Of a DNA stretch of 64,000 bases, positions 33,701 to 40,895 are shown one piece after another; within the stretch, counting starts at the first letter, position 1; each line of letters opens with the position of its first letter. Source of the stretch: Candidatus Omnitrophota bacterium (lineage in GTDB: Bacteria; Omnitrophota; Gorgyraeia; Gygaellales; Profunditerraquicolaceae); assembly GCA_041308845.1 (NCBI GenBank), contig JBFZAT010000026.1, forward strand, positions 41,102 to 105,101, written 5' to 3'. The notes below the pieces were generated by a model, which saw only the letters and a program-made list of their open reading frames with translations, had not been told where the DNA came from and searched no databases. Both the position numbers and the translations under genes were made by a program.

Positions 33701-34156
33701 GCTAAAGAACTGAATCTGCCGAAAGAGGAAGTAGAACTAATTAAGCAGGCGGCTATGCTGCACGACCTGGGTAAAATCGGTATCAGCGAAAATATCCTGC
33801 TTAAAAAAGGAAAGCTTAACAAAAAAGAATTCGAAGAGATAAAAAAACATCCGCAGATTGGTGCTGATATTATCCGTCCGATCCAATTTTTGCACGACCT
33901 GATCCCTTTTATTTTTTATCACCATGAGCGTTGGGATGGTAAAGGTTACCCTAGTGGAATTAGGGGTGAAGACATCCCTTTGGGTGCCCGAGTAATCGCG
34001 ATTGCTGATGTTTATCAAGCTTTGATTAGTGATCGGCCGTATCATAAAGCATTTACTAAGAGCGCAGCCATTGAAATCATCAAAAAAGCCTCCGGAACGC
34101 AATTCGATCCCCGTATTGTCAGCGTTTTTCTTAAGGTGATCGGAGAAGAAAAGTAA
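30716..34156 (+). CDS. multidomain c-di-GMP signalling protein: about 5 PAS domains, a GGDEF with a degenerate site (SGEEF), and an HD-GYP phosphodiesterase
   Basis: Repeated PAS cores; GGDEF region RYSGEEFIII; C-terminal HD-GYP motifs HD..GK and HHERWDGKGYP. Two PAS domains carry a C-X10-C-X2-C triad. Confidence 0.85.
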   Translation: MENHKKQNFETTLAKLRKVEFQQKAILDNIPDIAWLKDLQGRFIAVNQPFAKACGFKVGEIIGKTDLEIWPRELALSYIADDREVIESKKRKCVQERLMYQEGGEQWIETIKTPFFDDHGDVIGTTGIARNITLHKSEAERLKEIRAELELRVKVRTSELASFNEALRKEMRVTQEAQKELASLGNFLTNVFNSIQDGLSVLDNKMNIVRVNPTMEKWYAFNMPLIGKKCYQAYHQRSKPCEVCPVAETFKTHQAAHFINPMDDKDGKTIGYFDLYSFPMFDENTKELIGVIEYVRNITEQKFAQEALRLSEEKFKSIFEYSNLGLLVLDAQTRKFILCNRIIQKMLGYRQEELLQMKVSDIHLQNDLSQLNAHYEGLKNSGQVYLHFFPVKRKDGGIFYADINATKLVLDGKECVLANFEDVTAQKENVDKLARAEERYRLITEQTGQLIYDLDMSTQKIIWGGLIENITGFSQEEFSQVDLKRWEEMIHPDDRKNAVDLLNQSIKSGQAYKADYRLLHKNGSYIYMGDRGAFLRDNNGVVYRMLGCMEDVSKNLEYANELKIYREKLETLVEQRTKSLELEIATRKEMEEKAGILHQQLEFILGVTKTGLDIIDQDYNLRYVDPAWASNYGEWKGKKCYEYFMGRNSSCANCAIEEAFRTKKTVISEEILTREGNRPIQVTTIPYQDKNNDWLVAEINLDITQKKIIDEELKRYRNDLEALVGERTRDLLEETNRYKAAELEKSKLNRELIKVNEKLKSISLIDAHTGLYNYRYLQEAIEVEFHQARRYAQNLSIIMLDVDYFKSINDVYGIVFGDLVLKQLAKQLKRMVRRYDILVRYSGEEFIIISPRLNRSTAFNMAQRLLDSLNFINFGNKKHSVKLKISLSVVSFPEDRAKNGMDLINLADLLLSRAKESGGNRVYSSLDMKNSLTKGMERISKSVGIKTLKNTISKLNKQSKQGLSESIFAFAKTLELKDHYTGEHVENTVHFATGVAKELNLPKEEVELIKQAAMLHDLGKIGISENILLKKGKLNKKEFEEIKKHPQIGADIIRPIQFLHDLIPFIFYHHERWDGKGYPSGIRGEDIPLGARVIAIADVYQALISDRPYHKAFTKSAAIEIIKKASGTQFDPRIVSVFLKVIGEEK

Positions 34157-34191
34157 CTCCTTCGCCGTCTTTAATTTAAACAATTTTTAAC

Positions 34192-34220
34192 TTGCCAAAA
34201 ATCCCTAAAAATAGTAATAT
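34192..34220 (+). promoter_or_regulatory. sigma70-like promoter TTGCCA-N17-TAATAT upstream of the tRNA cluster
   Basis: TTGCCA 34192-34197 and TAATAT 34215-34220, about 40 nt before the tRNA. Confidence 0.5.
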
Positions 34221-34260
34221 ATAGTATTATTTTAAGATATGATTATCCGTTAAATTAGCG

Positions 34261-34334
34261 GGGCCCATAGCTCAGTCGGTTAGAGCAGTTGACTCATAAT
34301 CAATTGGTCCGGGGTTCGAGTCCCTGTGGGCCCA
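34261..34334 (+). tRNA. tRNA with anticodon CAT; features favour tRNA-Ile2 (lysidine) over elongator Met
   Basis: Manual cloverleaf: acceptor GGGCCCA/TGGGCCC, D-arm GCTC-AGTCGGTTA-GAGC, anticodon stem GTTGA/TCAAT with loop CTCATAA, T-arm CGGGG-TTCGAGT-CCCTG. C4-G69 and C5-G68 in the acceptor and a TTGGTC variable loop resemble tRNA-Ile(LAU). Confidence 0.85.
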
Positions 34335-34450
34335 TTTATATAATTATTTGCGCATAGCGGCCACCCGGACCAAAAGGGGTGCGGGGAAAAGATCCCCGCG
34401 AATTCGGGGTAACAGCAAGCGCCATAGGGGCAGAGCCATTTGGAAATATA

Positions 34451-34478
34451 GTCCGGGGTTCGAATCCCTGTAGGCCAA
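34451..34478 (+). repeat. degenerate direct repeat of the tRNA(CAT) 3' end (T-arm plus acceptor 3' strand) with no matching 5' half
   Basis: GTCCGGGGTTCGAATCCCTGTAGGCCA here versus GTCCGGGGTTCGAGTCCCTGTGGGCCC at 34308-34333. No complementary 5' acceptor strand or anticodon arm could be built. Confidence 0.5.
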
Positions 34479-34570
34479 TTTTAGAATGCCATCCGGGGCA
34501 TGGTGTGGCCTGCGAACCTGGCAGGAATATACAGTTTAGTTTTGACAAGGTGGTTAAATAAAACGGTTAT

Positions 34571-34644
34571 GGGCGATTGGCTCAGTTGGTTAGAGCGCTA
34601 CATTCACATTGTAGATGTCAGAGGTTCGAGTCCTCTATCGCCCA
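34571..34644 (+). tRNA. tRNA-Val (anticodon CAC)
   Basis: Manual cloverleaf: acceptor GGGCGAT/ATCGCCC, D-arm GCTC-AGTTGGTTA-GAGC, anticodon stem CTACA/TGTAG with loop TTCACAT, T-arm AGAGG-TTCGAGT-CCTCT. Confidence 0.85.
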
Positions 34645-34675
34645 TTAAAATATCTCAACAGAGAGATTTCCTGAC

Positions 34676-35386
34676 ATGGATTTAAAAACTCAGCTTATTG
34701 GTTTAGTCAAGTTGCAGGAATTAGACAGCGAAATTTATGCTTTGGGGAATGAATTGGCAGCTAAACCTGAAGAAATTAAACTGCTAGAGGCGGGTTTTGC
34801 AGCTAAAAAACAGGGATTAACGCTTTTAGAGAAAAAATCATTAGATTTACAAAAACAGCGTAAAGAGCAGGAGCTTGAGCTGGCGACTAATGCCGAAGGA
34901 GTCAGAAAGCTCAGCGGTCAGCTGTTTTCTTTAAAAACTAATAAAGAATTCCAGACGATGCAGCAGCAGATCGCCGATGCAAAAGCGGATGCAGCGGTGA
35001 TCGAAGAGAAAATCCTGATTTCTTTCGAAGAATCAGATAAGATTAAAGCTCAGATAGATGCTGAGAACCTAAAACTTAAGGATGAAGAAAAGCTCTTTCT
35101 TCAGCAGAAGAAAAGCGTAGAAATGCGTATTCAAGAGATTGGCGACCGGTTACGCCAGCTGGATGCACAAAGAAAGCAGCTTATCCCTGGTATCGACCCT
35201 AAGATGCTACAGGAATATGAAAGAATTTTATCCAGCCGGGGCGGTTTGGCTATTGTTACGGTCAAGGATAATTCTTGTGGCGGATGCCATATGTTAGTGC
35301 CTCCACAGGTAATTAATTTAATTAAGATGTACGAACATATTGTCACTTGTGAAGTCTGTAACCGTATTCTTTATATTAAAGAATGA
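34676..35386 (+). CDS. COG1579-type coiled-coil protein with a C-terminal C4 zinc ribbon
   Basis: Long coiled coil, then CGGCHMLVPPQ...CEVCNRILY. This family commonly accompanies rnhA and rnpB. Confidence 0.7.
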   Translation: MDLKTQLIGLVKLQELDSEIYALGNELAAKPEEIKLLEAGFAAKKQGLTLLEKKSLDLQKQRKEQELELATNAEGVRKLSGQLFSLKTNKEFQTMQQQIADAKADAAVIEEKILISFEESDKIKAQIDAENLKLKDEEKLFLQQKKSVEMRIQEIGDRLRQLDAQRKQLIPGIDPKMLQEYERILSSRGGLAIVTVKDNSCGGCHMLVPPQVINLIKMYEHIVTCEVCNRILYIKE

Positions 35387-35799
35387 ACCATTTAGAGGTT
35401 TATATTGACGGGGCGTCTCAGGGTAATCCCGGGCATAGTGGAGTAGGGATCGTAATTTTTCATCATGGTTTACGGATTAAGAATATCTCAAATTATATCG
35501 GCAAGGCAACCAATAATGTCGCCGAATATACTGCTTTGATTTATGCTTTGGAAGAAGCGTTATTGCTGAAAGCTAAAAGCCTGAAAATTAATACCGATAG
35601 CCAACTCTTAGCCCGGCAGTTAAATAAAATTTATAAAGTTAAACATGCCGGGATAATAGGTTTATTTAACCGGGCGACTCATCTCTTAACCGGTTTTGAA
35701 AAAGTTGTAGTTAACCATATCCCCCGGGAAGAAAATAAGCTGGCGGATAAATTGGCCACCCAGGCGATTAATTCTTTTCTGGGAAAATCTTTGATTTAA
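35383..35799 (+). CDS. rnhA: ribonuclease HI
   Basis: 138 aa: DGASQGNPG (catalytic Asp), E in EYTALIYALEEA, TDSQ, and a C-terminal D in ENKLADKLA. Confidence 0.8.
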   Translation: MNHLEVYIDGASQGNPGHSGVGIVIFHHGLRIKNISNYIGKATNNVAEYTALIYALEEALLLKAKSLKINTDSQLLARQLNKIYKVKHAGIIGLFNRATHLLTGFEKVVVNHIPREENKLADKLATQAINSFLGKSLI

Positions 35800-36203
35800 G
35801 CAGGCAGAGTGTGGCTGCCCGCCACTATATCAGTGGCGGGAGGAAAGTCCGGGCTCCAGAGGGTAGCGTAACGGATAATGTCCGTCCTGTATAGTTAATA
35901 TGCAGAGGATCCCCGTTTAAAATCTAGCGGGGCCGCCATTTTCGGCGAAAGAGCCACAGAGACGAGTAACCGCTTTTAAAAGCGGCGAAGTGAAACGCGG
36001 CAATCTCTACGCGGAGCAAAGTAGAATAGGAGATGAGCGCTGATCCGGCGCGCTTTCCGCCTCGGCGGAAAACAATCTCGGGTAAACTGCTAAAGTTCTC
36101 GCGGTAACGCGGAAATTGAGAGGAATAGCCACTGCGATGTAGCATGCGCCTGCCTTGCCGGCAGGCGGGCATCAAGACAAAACCCGGCTTATTCTGCCTG
36201 CTT
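35800..36203 (+). ncRNA. rnpB: RNase P RNA (bacterial type A-like)
   Basis: Universal motifs GGGAGGAAAGTCCGGGCTCCA near the 5' end and ACAAAACCCGGCTTA near the 3' end; P1 pairing GCAGGCAGA (35800-) with TCTGCCTGC (-36201). ORF-track entry 35924..36175(-) lies inside it and is spurious. Confidence 0.85.
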
Positions 36204-36280
36204 TAATCTTAGACTGAACGATATATAATTTATCGGTAGATTACCGTATTAAACATCAATTAAACATTAAAGGAGGATTT

Positions 36281-37036
36281 ATGTCAGGTCATTCTAAGTG
36301 GAAAACAAATAAAGGGAAAAAAGGTATTGCCGATGCTAAGCGCGGGGCAACCTTTACTAAAATTATTAAAGAGTTGGTGGTGGTGGCTAGAGACGGGGGA
36401 GGGAATCCTGATACTAATCCGCGTCTGCGAGCTATTATGCAAAAGGCTAAAGAGGCTAATATGCCTTCGGATAATGTCAAGATGGCGATTAAGCGAGGAA
36501 CCGGTGAATTACCTGGGATAGTCTACGAGGCGGTAATGTATGAAGCCTATGGTCCGGGGGGAGTGGCCATTTTGATTGACTCCTTGACTGATAATAAAAA
36601 CCGGACTACCGCTGAAATACGGAATATTATGTCTAAAAAAGGCGGTAACATGGCCGGAGCAGGTTCAGTTAGTTGGATGTTTGTGCAAAAGGGCTATATT
36701 TCGGTGGCTAAAGATAAAATCAAGGAAGACGAATTGATGAATATCGTTCTGGATGCCGGAGCCGAGGACATGAAACATGAAGCCGATGTTTATGAAATTT
36801 TTACTGCCATTCAGGATTTAGAGAAAGTTAAGCAGGCCCTTATGGATAAAGGGATTAAGTGGGAGGATGCCGAATTAACGATGATTCCTTCTTCTACAAT
36901 TAAGGTGACCGGGCACGAAGCTAAGCAGGTTTTAGCTCTGATTGAAACCCTGGAAGACCATGACGATGTGCAACAGGTTTATGCAAATTTTGATATTCCG
37001 GATGAAATTTTGGATGAGGTGGCTGCCGAAGAATGA
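36281..37036 (+). CDS. yebC: YebC/PmpR-family transcriptional regulator
   Basis: MSGHSKWKT...KRG N-terminus diagnostic for the family. Confidence 0.9.
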   Translation: MSGHSKWKTNKGKKGIADAKRGATFTKIIKELVVVARDGGGNPDTNPRLRAIMQKAKEANMPSDNVKMAIKRGTGELPGIVYEAVMYEAYGPGGVAILIDSLTDNKNRTTAEIRNIMSKKGGNMAGAGSVSWMFVQKGYISVAKDKIKEDELMNIVLDAGAEDMKHEADVYEIFTAIQDLEKVKQALMDKGIKWEDAELTMIPSSTIKVTGHEAKQVLALIETLEDHDDVQQVYANFDIPDEILDEVAAEE

Positions 37037-37515
37037 TTATTGTAGGAATTGATCCGGCATTAGCCGTTAGCGGTTATGGGGTAATTCAGGTACATAAATC
37101 TTCTCTGTCTTTAATTGAGGCCGGTATAATTAAGACTACGGTTAAAGATGCTCTGCCCGGACGTTTAGATAAGATTTATCGCGGCGTACTCAAATTAATT
37201 AGTGATACACAAGCGGATTGTTTAGTCTTGGAAAAAATATATGCGCATTACAAGCATCCGGCTACGGCTTGTATTTTAGGACAGGCCAGAGGAGTGATTT
37301 GTCTGGCAGCTTTTAGCGCAAAAATTTCGTTTTTTGAGTATTCGGCTACCCGTATAAAAAAAGCAATTGTCGGAAAAGGTCTGGCTTCTAAAGCCCAGGT
37401 ACAAAGAATGGTTACTCACACTTTAGGGTTAAGAACCTTAACTCCTTATTTGGATGTTACAGATGCTTTAGCCTTGGCGATCGCGCATAGCTCTATTATG
37501 AAAGTAAAACTATGA
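37033..37515 (+). CDS. ruvC: Holliday junction resolvase RuvC
   Basis: IVGIDPALAVSGYG start and gene order yebC-ruvC-ruvA. Confidence 0.9.
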   Translation: MIIVGIDPALAVSGYGVIQVHKSSLSLIEAGIIKTTVKDALPGRLDKIYRGVLKLISDTQADCLVLEKIYAHYKHPATACILGQARGVICLAAFSAKISFFEYSATRIKKAIVGKGLASKAQVQRMVTHTLGLRTLTPYLDVTDALALAIAHSSIMKVKL

Positions 37516-38135
37516 TTGCTCGAATTAGCGGTTTAGTTAAAGAAAAAGGGGCCAATTATCTGATTCTGGATTTAGGCGGGTTGAGCTATGAGGTCTTAAT
37601 TCCTGCCTGCGTGATGCAGAATTTAGAGGTATCTATCCAGCAAGAAAGCAGGATCTCGTTATTTACTTATCATTATTACCAAGTTGATCAAACTAAGAGT
37701 ATTCCCGTTTTAATCGGGTTCTTAAATCAGGTGGAAAAAGATTTTTTCGAGGTTTTTATTACGGTTTCTGGTATCGGTCCGCGGGGGGCTTTAAGAGCTT
37801 TAAATAAACCCATCTCTTTAATCGCTAAAGCTATCGATGAAGCAGATCTGGTTACTCTTAAATCTTTACCGGGAATTGGCGAGCAAAGAGCTAAAGAAAT
37901 TATTGCTAAACTGCAGAATAAGGTAGGTAAATTCGGTCTAATCCAAGATCGCCATATTCCAGAGAAGAGTTTACCTAAGAATATGGCCGAAGAGGCCTTG
38001 GAGGTATTGTTACAGTTGGAATATAAAAAAGCAGAGGCCCTGGGGATGATTAAAAAAGTTTTAGAATTCAATTCCCAGGTTAATTCAACCGAAGAATTAT
38101 TGAACTTGGTGTATAAACAAAAAAGGACCGGTTAA
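37512..38135 (+). CDS. ruvA: Holliday junction branch-migration protein RuvA
   Basis: MIARISG N-terminus, OB fold, HhH motifs LPGIGEQRAKEII, and a C-terminal domain. Confidence 0.85.
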   Translation: MIARISGLVKEKGANYLILDLGGLSYEVLIPACVMQNLEVSIQQESRISLFTYHYYQVDQTKSIPVLIGFLNQVEKDFFEVFITVSGIGPRGALRALNKPISLIAKAIDEADLVTLKSLPGIGEQRAKEIIAKLQNKVGKFGLIQDRHIPEKSLPKNMAEEALEVLLQLEYKKAEALGMIKKVLEFNSQVNSTEELLNLVYKQKRTG

Positions 38136-38141
38136 GTCAAG

Positions 38142-38753
38142 ATGGAAGACAATAATTTAAAATCTGCGGTAGAAGCTTTAATTTTTGCATCGGAAAGACC
38201 TATTACTACAGAACAAATCAAAAAAGTTTTAGGCGCGTTGGATACGCCCGGAGTCAATAAAATAATCGCGGAATTAAAAACTGAGTATGAAACACAAAAT
38301 CGGGGTATACGTTTAATTGAGATTGCTGGCGGTTTCCAGATGATTACTAGCAGTAATTTTGCCCCCTTTTTAAAAAAACTTTTTAAAAATCGTTATAACG
38401 ATAAATTATCCAAACCGGCTTTGGAATCCCTGGCCATTATTGCCTATAAACAACCTTTGACCAAAGCCGAAATCGAGTCTTTAAGGAATGTCAATGTAGA
38501 TGGAGTAATGAAAAGTCTACTGGAAAAAAATTTGATACGTATTTGTGGTAGAAAAAAGATTCCCGGCCGTCCATTTGTTTTTGGCACAACCCGGGAATTT
38601 CTTGAGCATTTTGGTTTAAAATCCCTGGCTGAACTGCCGAAAATGGAGGATTTTGCGGTGTTGGCAGAAGAGCAGGAAGGCGCTAAAAGTGGCGTTGAAC
38701 CGGTCAGTCCAACAGATTTGGAGGCTAAACATGAGTCTGAGCAAATTGCGTAA
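38142..38753 (+). CDS. scpB: segregation and condensation protein B
   Basis: Tandem winged-helix pattern (ALIFASERPIT...; LESLAIIAYKQPLTKAEIE...). Confidence 0.8.
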   Translation: MEDNNLKSAVEALIFASERPITTEQIKKVLGALDTPGVNKIIAELKTEYETQNRGIRLIEIAGGFQMITSSNFAPFLKKLFKNRYNDKLSKPALESLAIIAYKQPLTKAEIESLRNVNVDGVMKSLLEKNLIRICGRKKIPGRPFVFGTTREFLEHFGLKSLAELPKMEDFAVLAEEQEGAKSGVEPVSPTDLEAKHESEQIA

Positions 38754-39792
38754 AAAAATCGATGCTTTAGATAAAAAAATAATTAATTTATTAAATTTAC
38801 GCGCAGCAACGACCAAAGATATTGGTAGGCTTAAAATCAATTCCGGTAAATATATTTATGTGCCGGAAAGAGAGATGCAGGTTTTAAGCAGAATTTCTAC
38901 ACTCAATAAAGGGCCGCTTAGAAAAAGCGCTTTGCAGGCTATTTATCGCGAAGTGATGTCAGCGAGTTTAGCTTTGGAAAAACCGTTGAAGATCGCCTAT
39001 TTGGGGCCGCAAGCCAGTTTTACTAACCTGGCGGCGATAAAAAAATTCGGTTCTCAAGTAAGTTATGTTGCCTGCAATAGTATTGCTGAAGTTTTTCTGG
39101 AAGTGGAGAAGGCTAGTGCGGATTATGGAGTGGTGCCGATAGAAAATTCAATTGAGGGAGCAGTTAGCCACACCCTGGATGTTTTTGTGGATTCAGATTT
39201 AAAAATCTGTGCCCAGATAATTTTAGAGGTGACGCATAATTTACTGGCTAATTGTATGAAACCGAAAATTCGTTATGTTTATTCTAACCCTCAGGTATTT
39301 GGCCAGTGCCGGATCTGGCTGCAGAAAAATCTTGGCGCTGCTACGCTAGTTGATGTTTCCAGCACGACGCGCGCTGCCGAAATGGCAAAAAAAGAAAAAA
39401 ACACCGCGGCGATCGCTTCGCTGCTAGCATCTAAGGTTTACGGGTTAAAAGTTTTGGCCAGTGGTATTCAGGATTCTGCGCATAATATTACCCGTTTTTT
39501 AGTAATCGGTAGAAATATCGCTGCCCGTACGGGCAAAGATAAAACCAGCTTGTTTTTTTCGATTAAAGACCGGGTGGGTGCTTTATATGAGATGCTCCTG
39601 CCATTTCGTAAATACGCGGTTAATCTGACTAAAATTGAATCCCGCCCTTCAAAAAAGAAAGCCTGGGAGTATTATTTCTTTGTGGATATTCTTGGGCATC
39701 AGGATGATATTTTAATTAAGAAGGCCTTGCATGAATTAGAATCTAAGTGCAGTTATCTAAAAATATTAGGTTCTTATCCAATTGGAGAATAA
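38731..39792 (+). CDS. pheA: bifunctional chorismate mutase / prephenate dehydratase (P-protein)
   Basis: N-terminal CM helix LRKKIDALDKKIINLL..R, a PDT domain, and a C-terminal ACT. The ATG at 38731 overlaps the scpB end; the ORF-track start at 38653 is an overextension. Confidence 0.85.
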   Translation: MSLSKLRKKIDALDKKIINLLNLRAATTKDIGRLKINSGKYIYVPEREMQVLSRISTLNKGPLRKSALQAIYREVMSASLALEKPLKIAYLGPQASFTNLAAIKKFGSQVSYVACNSIAEVFLEVEKASADYGVVPIENSIEGAVSHTLDVFVDSDLKICAQIILEVTHNLLANCMKPKIRYVYSNPQVFGQCRIWLQKNLGAATLVDVSSTTRAAEMAKKEKNTAAIASLLASKVYGLKVLASGIQDSAHNITRFLVIGRNIAARTGKDKTSLFFSIKDRVGALYEMLLPFRKYAVNLTKIESRPSKKKAWEYYFFVDILGHQDDILIKKALHELESKCSYLKILGSYPIGE

Positions 39793-39794
39793 TT

Positions 39795-40895
39795 GTGCAA
39801 CCATTAATTCGTAAAAGTATTTTAGCGGTCAATCCCTATCAGCCGGGCAAACCCATTGAAGAGACCAAACGCCAACTGGGGTTAAAAAAGGTAATCAAAT
39901 TGGCCTCTAACGAAAACCCTTGGGGCCCTTCCCCTAAAGCGGTGAGCGCGGTTAAAAAAGCCCTGGGCACAGTTAACCGGTATCCGGATGCGCAGGGTTA
40001 TTATTTAAAAAAGCGCCTGGCTAAATTTTATGGATTGTCTTCCGGGAATTTCGTCCTGGGTAATGGTTCGGATGAATTGATTGATGTAGTGATTAAAACT
40101 TTCATGGAAGCAGATGAGAATATCGTGACTTCTGAAGGGACTTTTTTAGAGTACGAGATCATCGCCCAGGTTAATGATCGTAAAGTTAAAAAAGCGCCTT
40201 TACGTTATTTCAAATATGATTTGACGGCCATACTAAGATTAGTTGATAAAAAGACCAAGCTGATTTTTATTGCCAATCCGAATAATCCTACCGGTACCTA
40301 TGTTACTAGCGCTGAAGTTAAAGAATTTATCAGCGCTTTACCGCAGGAGGTAGTGGTAGTATTTGATGAGGCTTATGATACTTTCATCAGTGTTAATGAT
40401 TATCCAGATTCTTTGGGTTATCTGAGAAAGAAAAAAAATATTATTATTCTGAAAACTTTTTCAAAGGCTTATGGTCTAGCCGGATTGCGTTTGGGTTATG
40501 CGATTGCTCCTTTGGAAATAGCTGCTTATCTGGAGCGTATCCGCCAGCCATTTAATGTTAATCTTCTGGCCCAGGTTGCCGGTTTAGCCGCCTTAGAGGA
40601 TAAAGCTTTCTTAAAAAAGACCCGGCAGATGACTTTAAGCGGGAAAGATTTTGTTTATCAAGAACTTTCCCGGATGGGGTTAGGGTATGTGCCTTCGGAG
40701 GCTAATTTTATTTTGATCGATGTAGGCAGGGATAGCCAGGAATTATTTAAAGCTTGTCTTAAATTCGGGGTGATTGTCCGGGAGATGAGCCAATATGGGC
40801 TAAAAAATTTTATCCGCTTGACTATTGGTACGCCAAAAGAAAACCGAAGGTTTTTAAGGGTCCTTAAGAAGGTAATCCAGGAGAAGAAAACATGA
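39795..40895 (+). CDS. hisC: histidinol-phosphate / aromatic aminotransferase (class II PLP)
   Basis: NPYQPGKP...KLASNENPWGPSP N-terminus and a PLP Lys region FSKAYGLAGLRLGY. GTG start at 39795 follows the pheA stop. Embedded in an aromatic amino-acid gene block. Confidence 0.75.
   Translation: MQPLIRKSILAVNPYQPGKPIEETKRQLGLKKVIKLASNENPWGPSPKAVSAVKKALGTVNRYPDAQGYYLKKRLAKFYGLSSGNFVLGNGSDELIDVVIKTFMEADENIVTSEGTFLEYEIIAQVNDRKVKKAPLRYFKYDLTAILRLVDKKTKLIFIANPNNPTGTYVTSAEVKEFISALPQEVVVVFDEAYDTFISVNDYPDSLGYLRKKKNIIILKTFSKAYGLAGLRLGYAIAPLEIAAYLERIRQPFNVNLLAQVAGLAALEDKAFLKKTRQMTLSGKDFVYQELSRMGLGYVPSEANFILIDVGRDSQELFKACLKFGVIVREMSQYGLKNFIRLTIGTPKENRRFLRVLKKVIQEKKT

Noticed and set aside
34542-34570. 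TTGACA-N17-GGTTAT promoter-like sequence directly abutting tRNA-Val
   Set aside because: The -10 is poor and the predicted TSS would fall inside the mature tRNA. tRNA-Val is more likely co-transcribed from the 34192 promoter.
34336-34685. ORF-track entries 34336..34548(-), 34379..34561(+) and 34500..34685(+)
   Set aside because: They overlap the two tRNAs and the GC-rich structured spacer. Their translations are Gly/Pro/Arg-rich junk. The region is better explained as RNA.
35924-36175. ORF 35924..36175(-), 83 aa
   Set aside because: It lies wholly inside the RNase P RNA gene identified from universal conserved motifs and P1 pairing.
36203-36229. TATAAT at 36224-36229 upstream of yebC as a promoter
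   Set aside because: No acceptable -35 partner at 16-18 nt spacing. It may be a real -10, but the evidence is insufficient.
36289-36521. ORFs 36289..36480(-) and 36327..36521(+) overlapping yebC
   Set aside because: They are shadow ORFs within the conserved YebC coding sequence.
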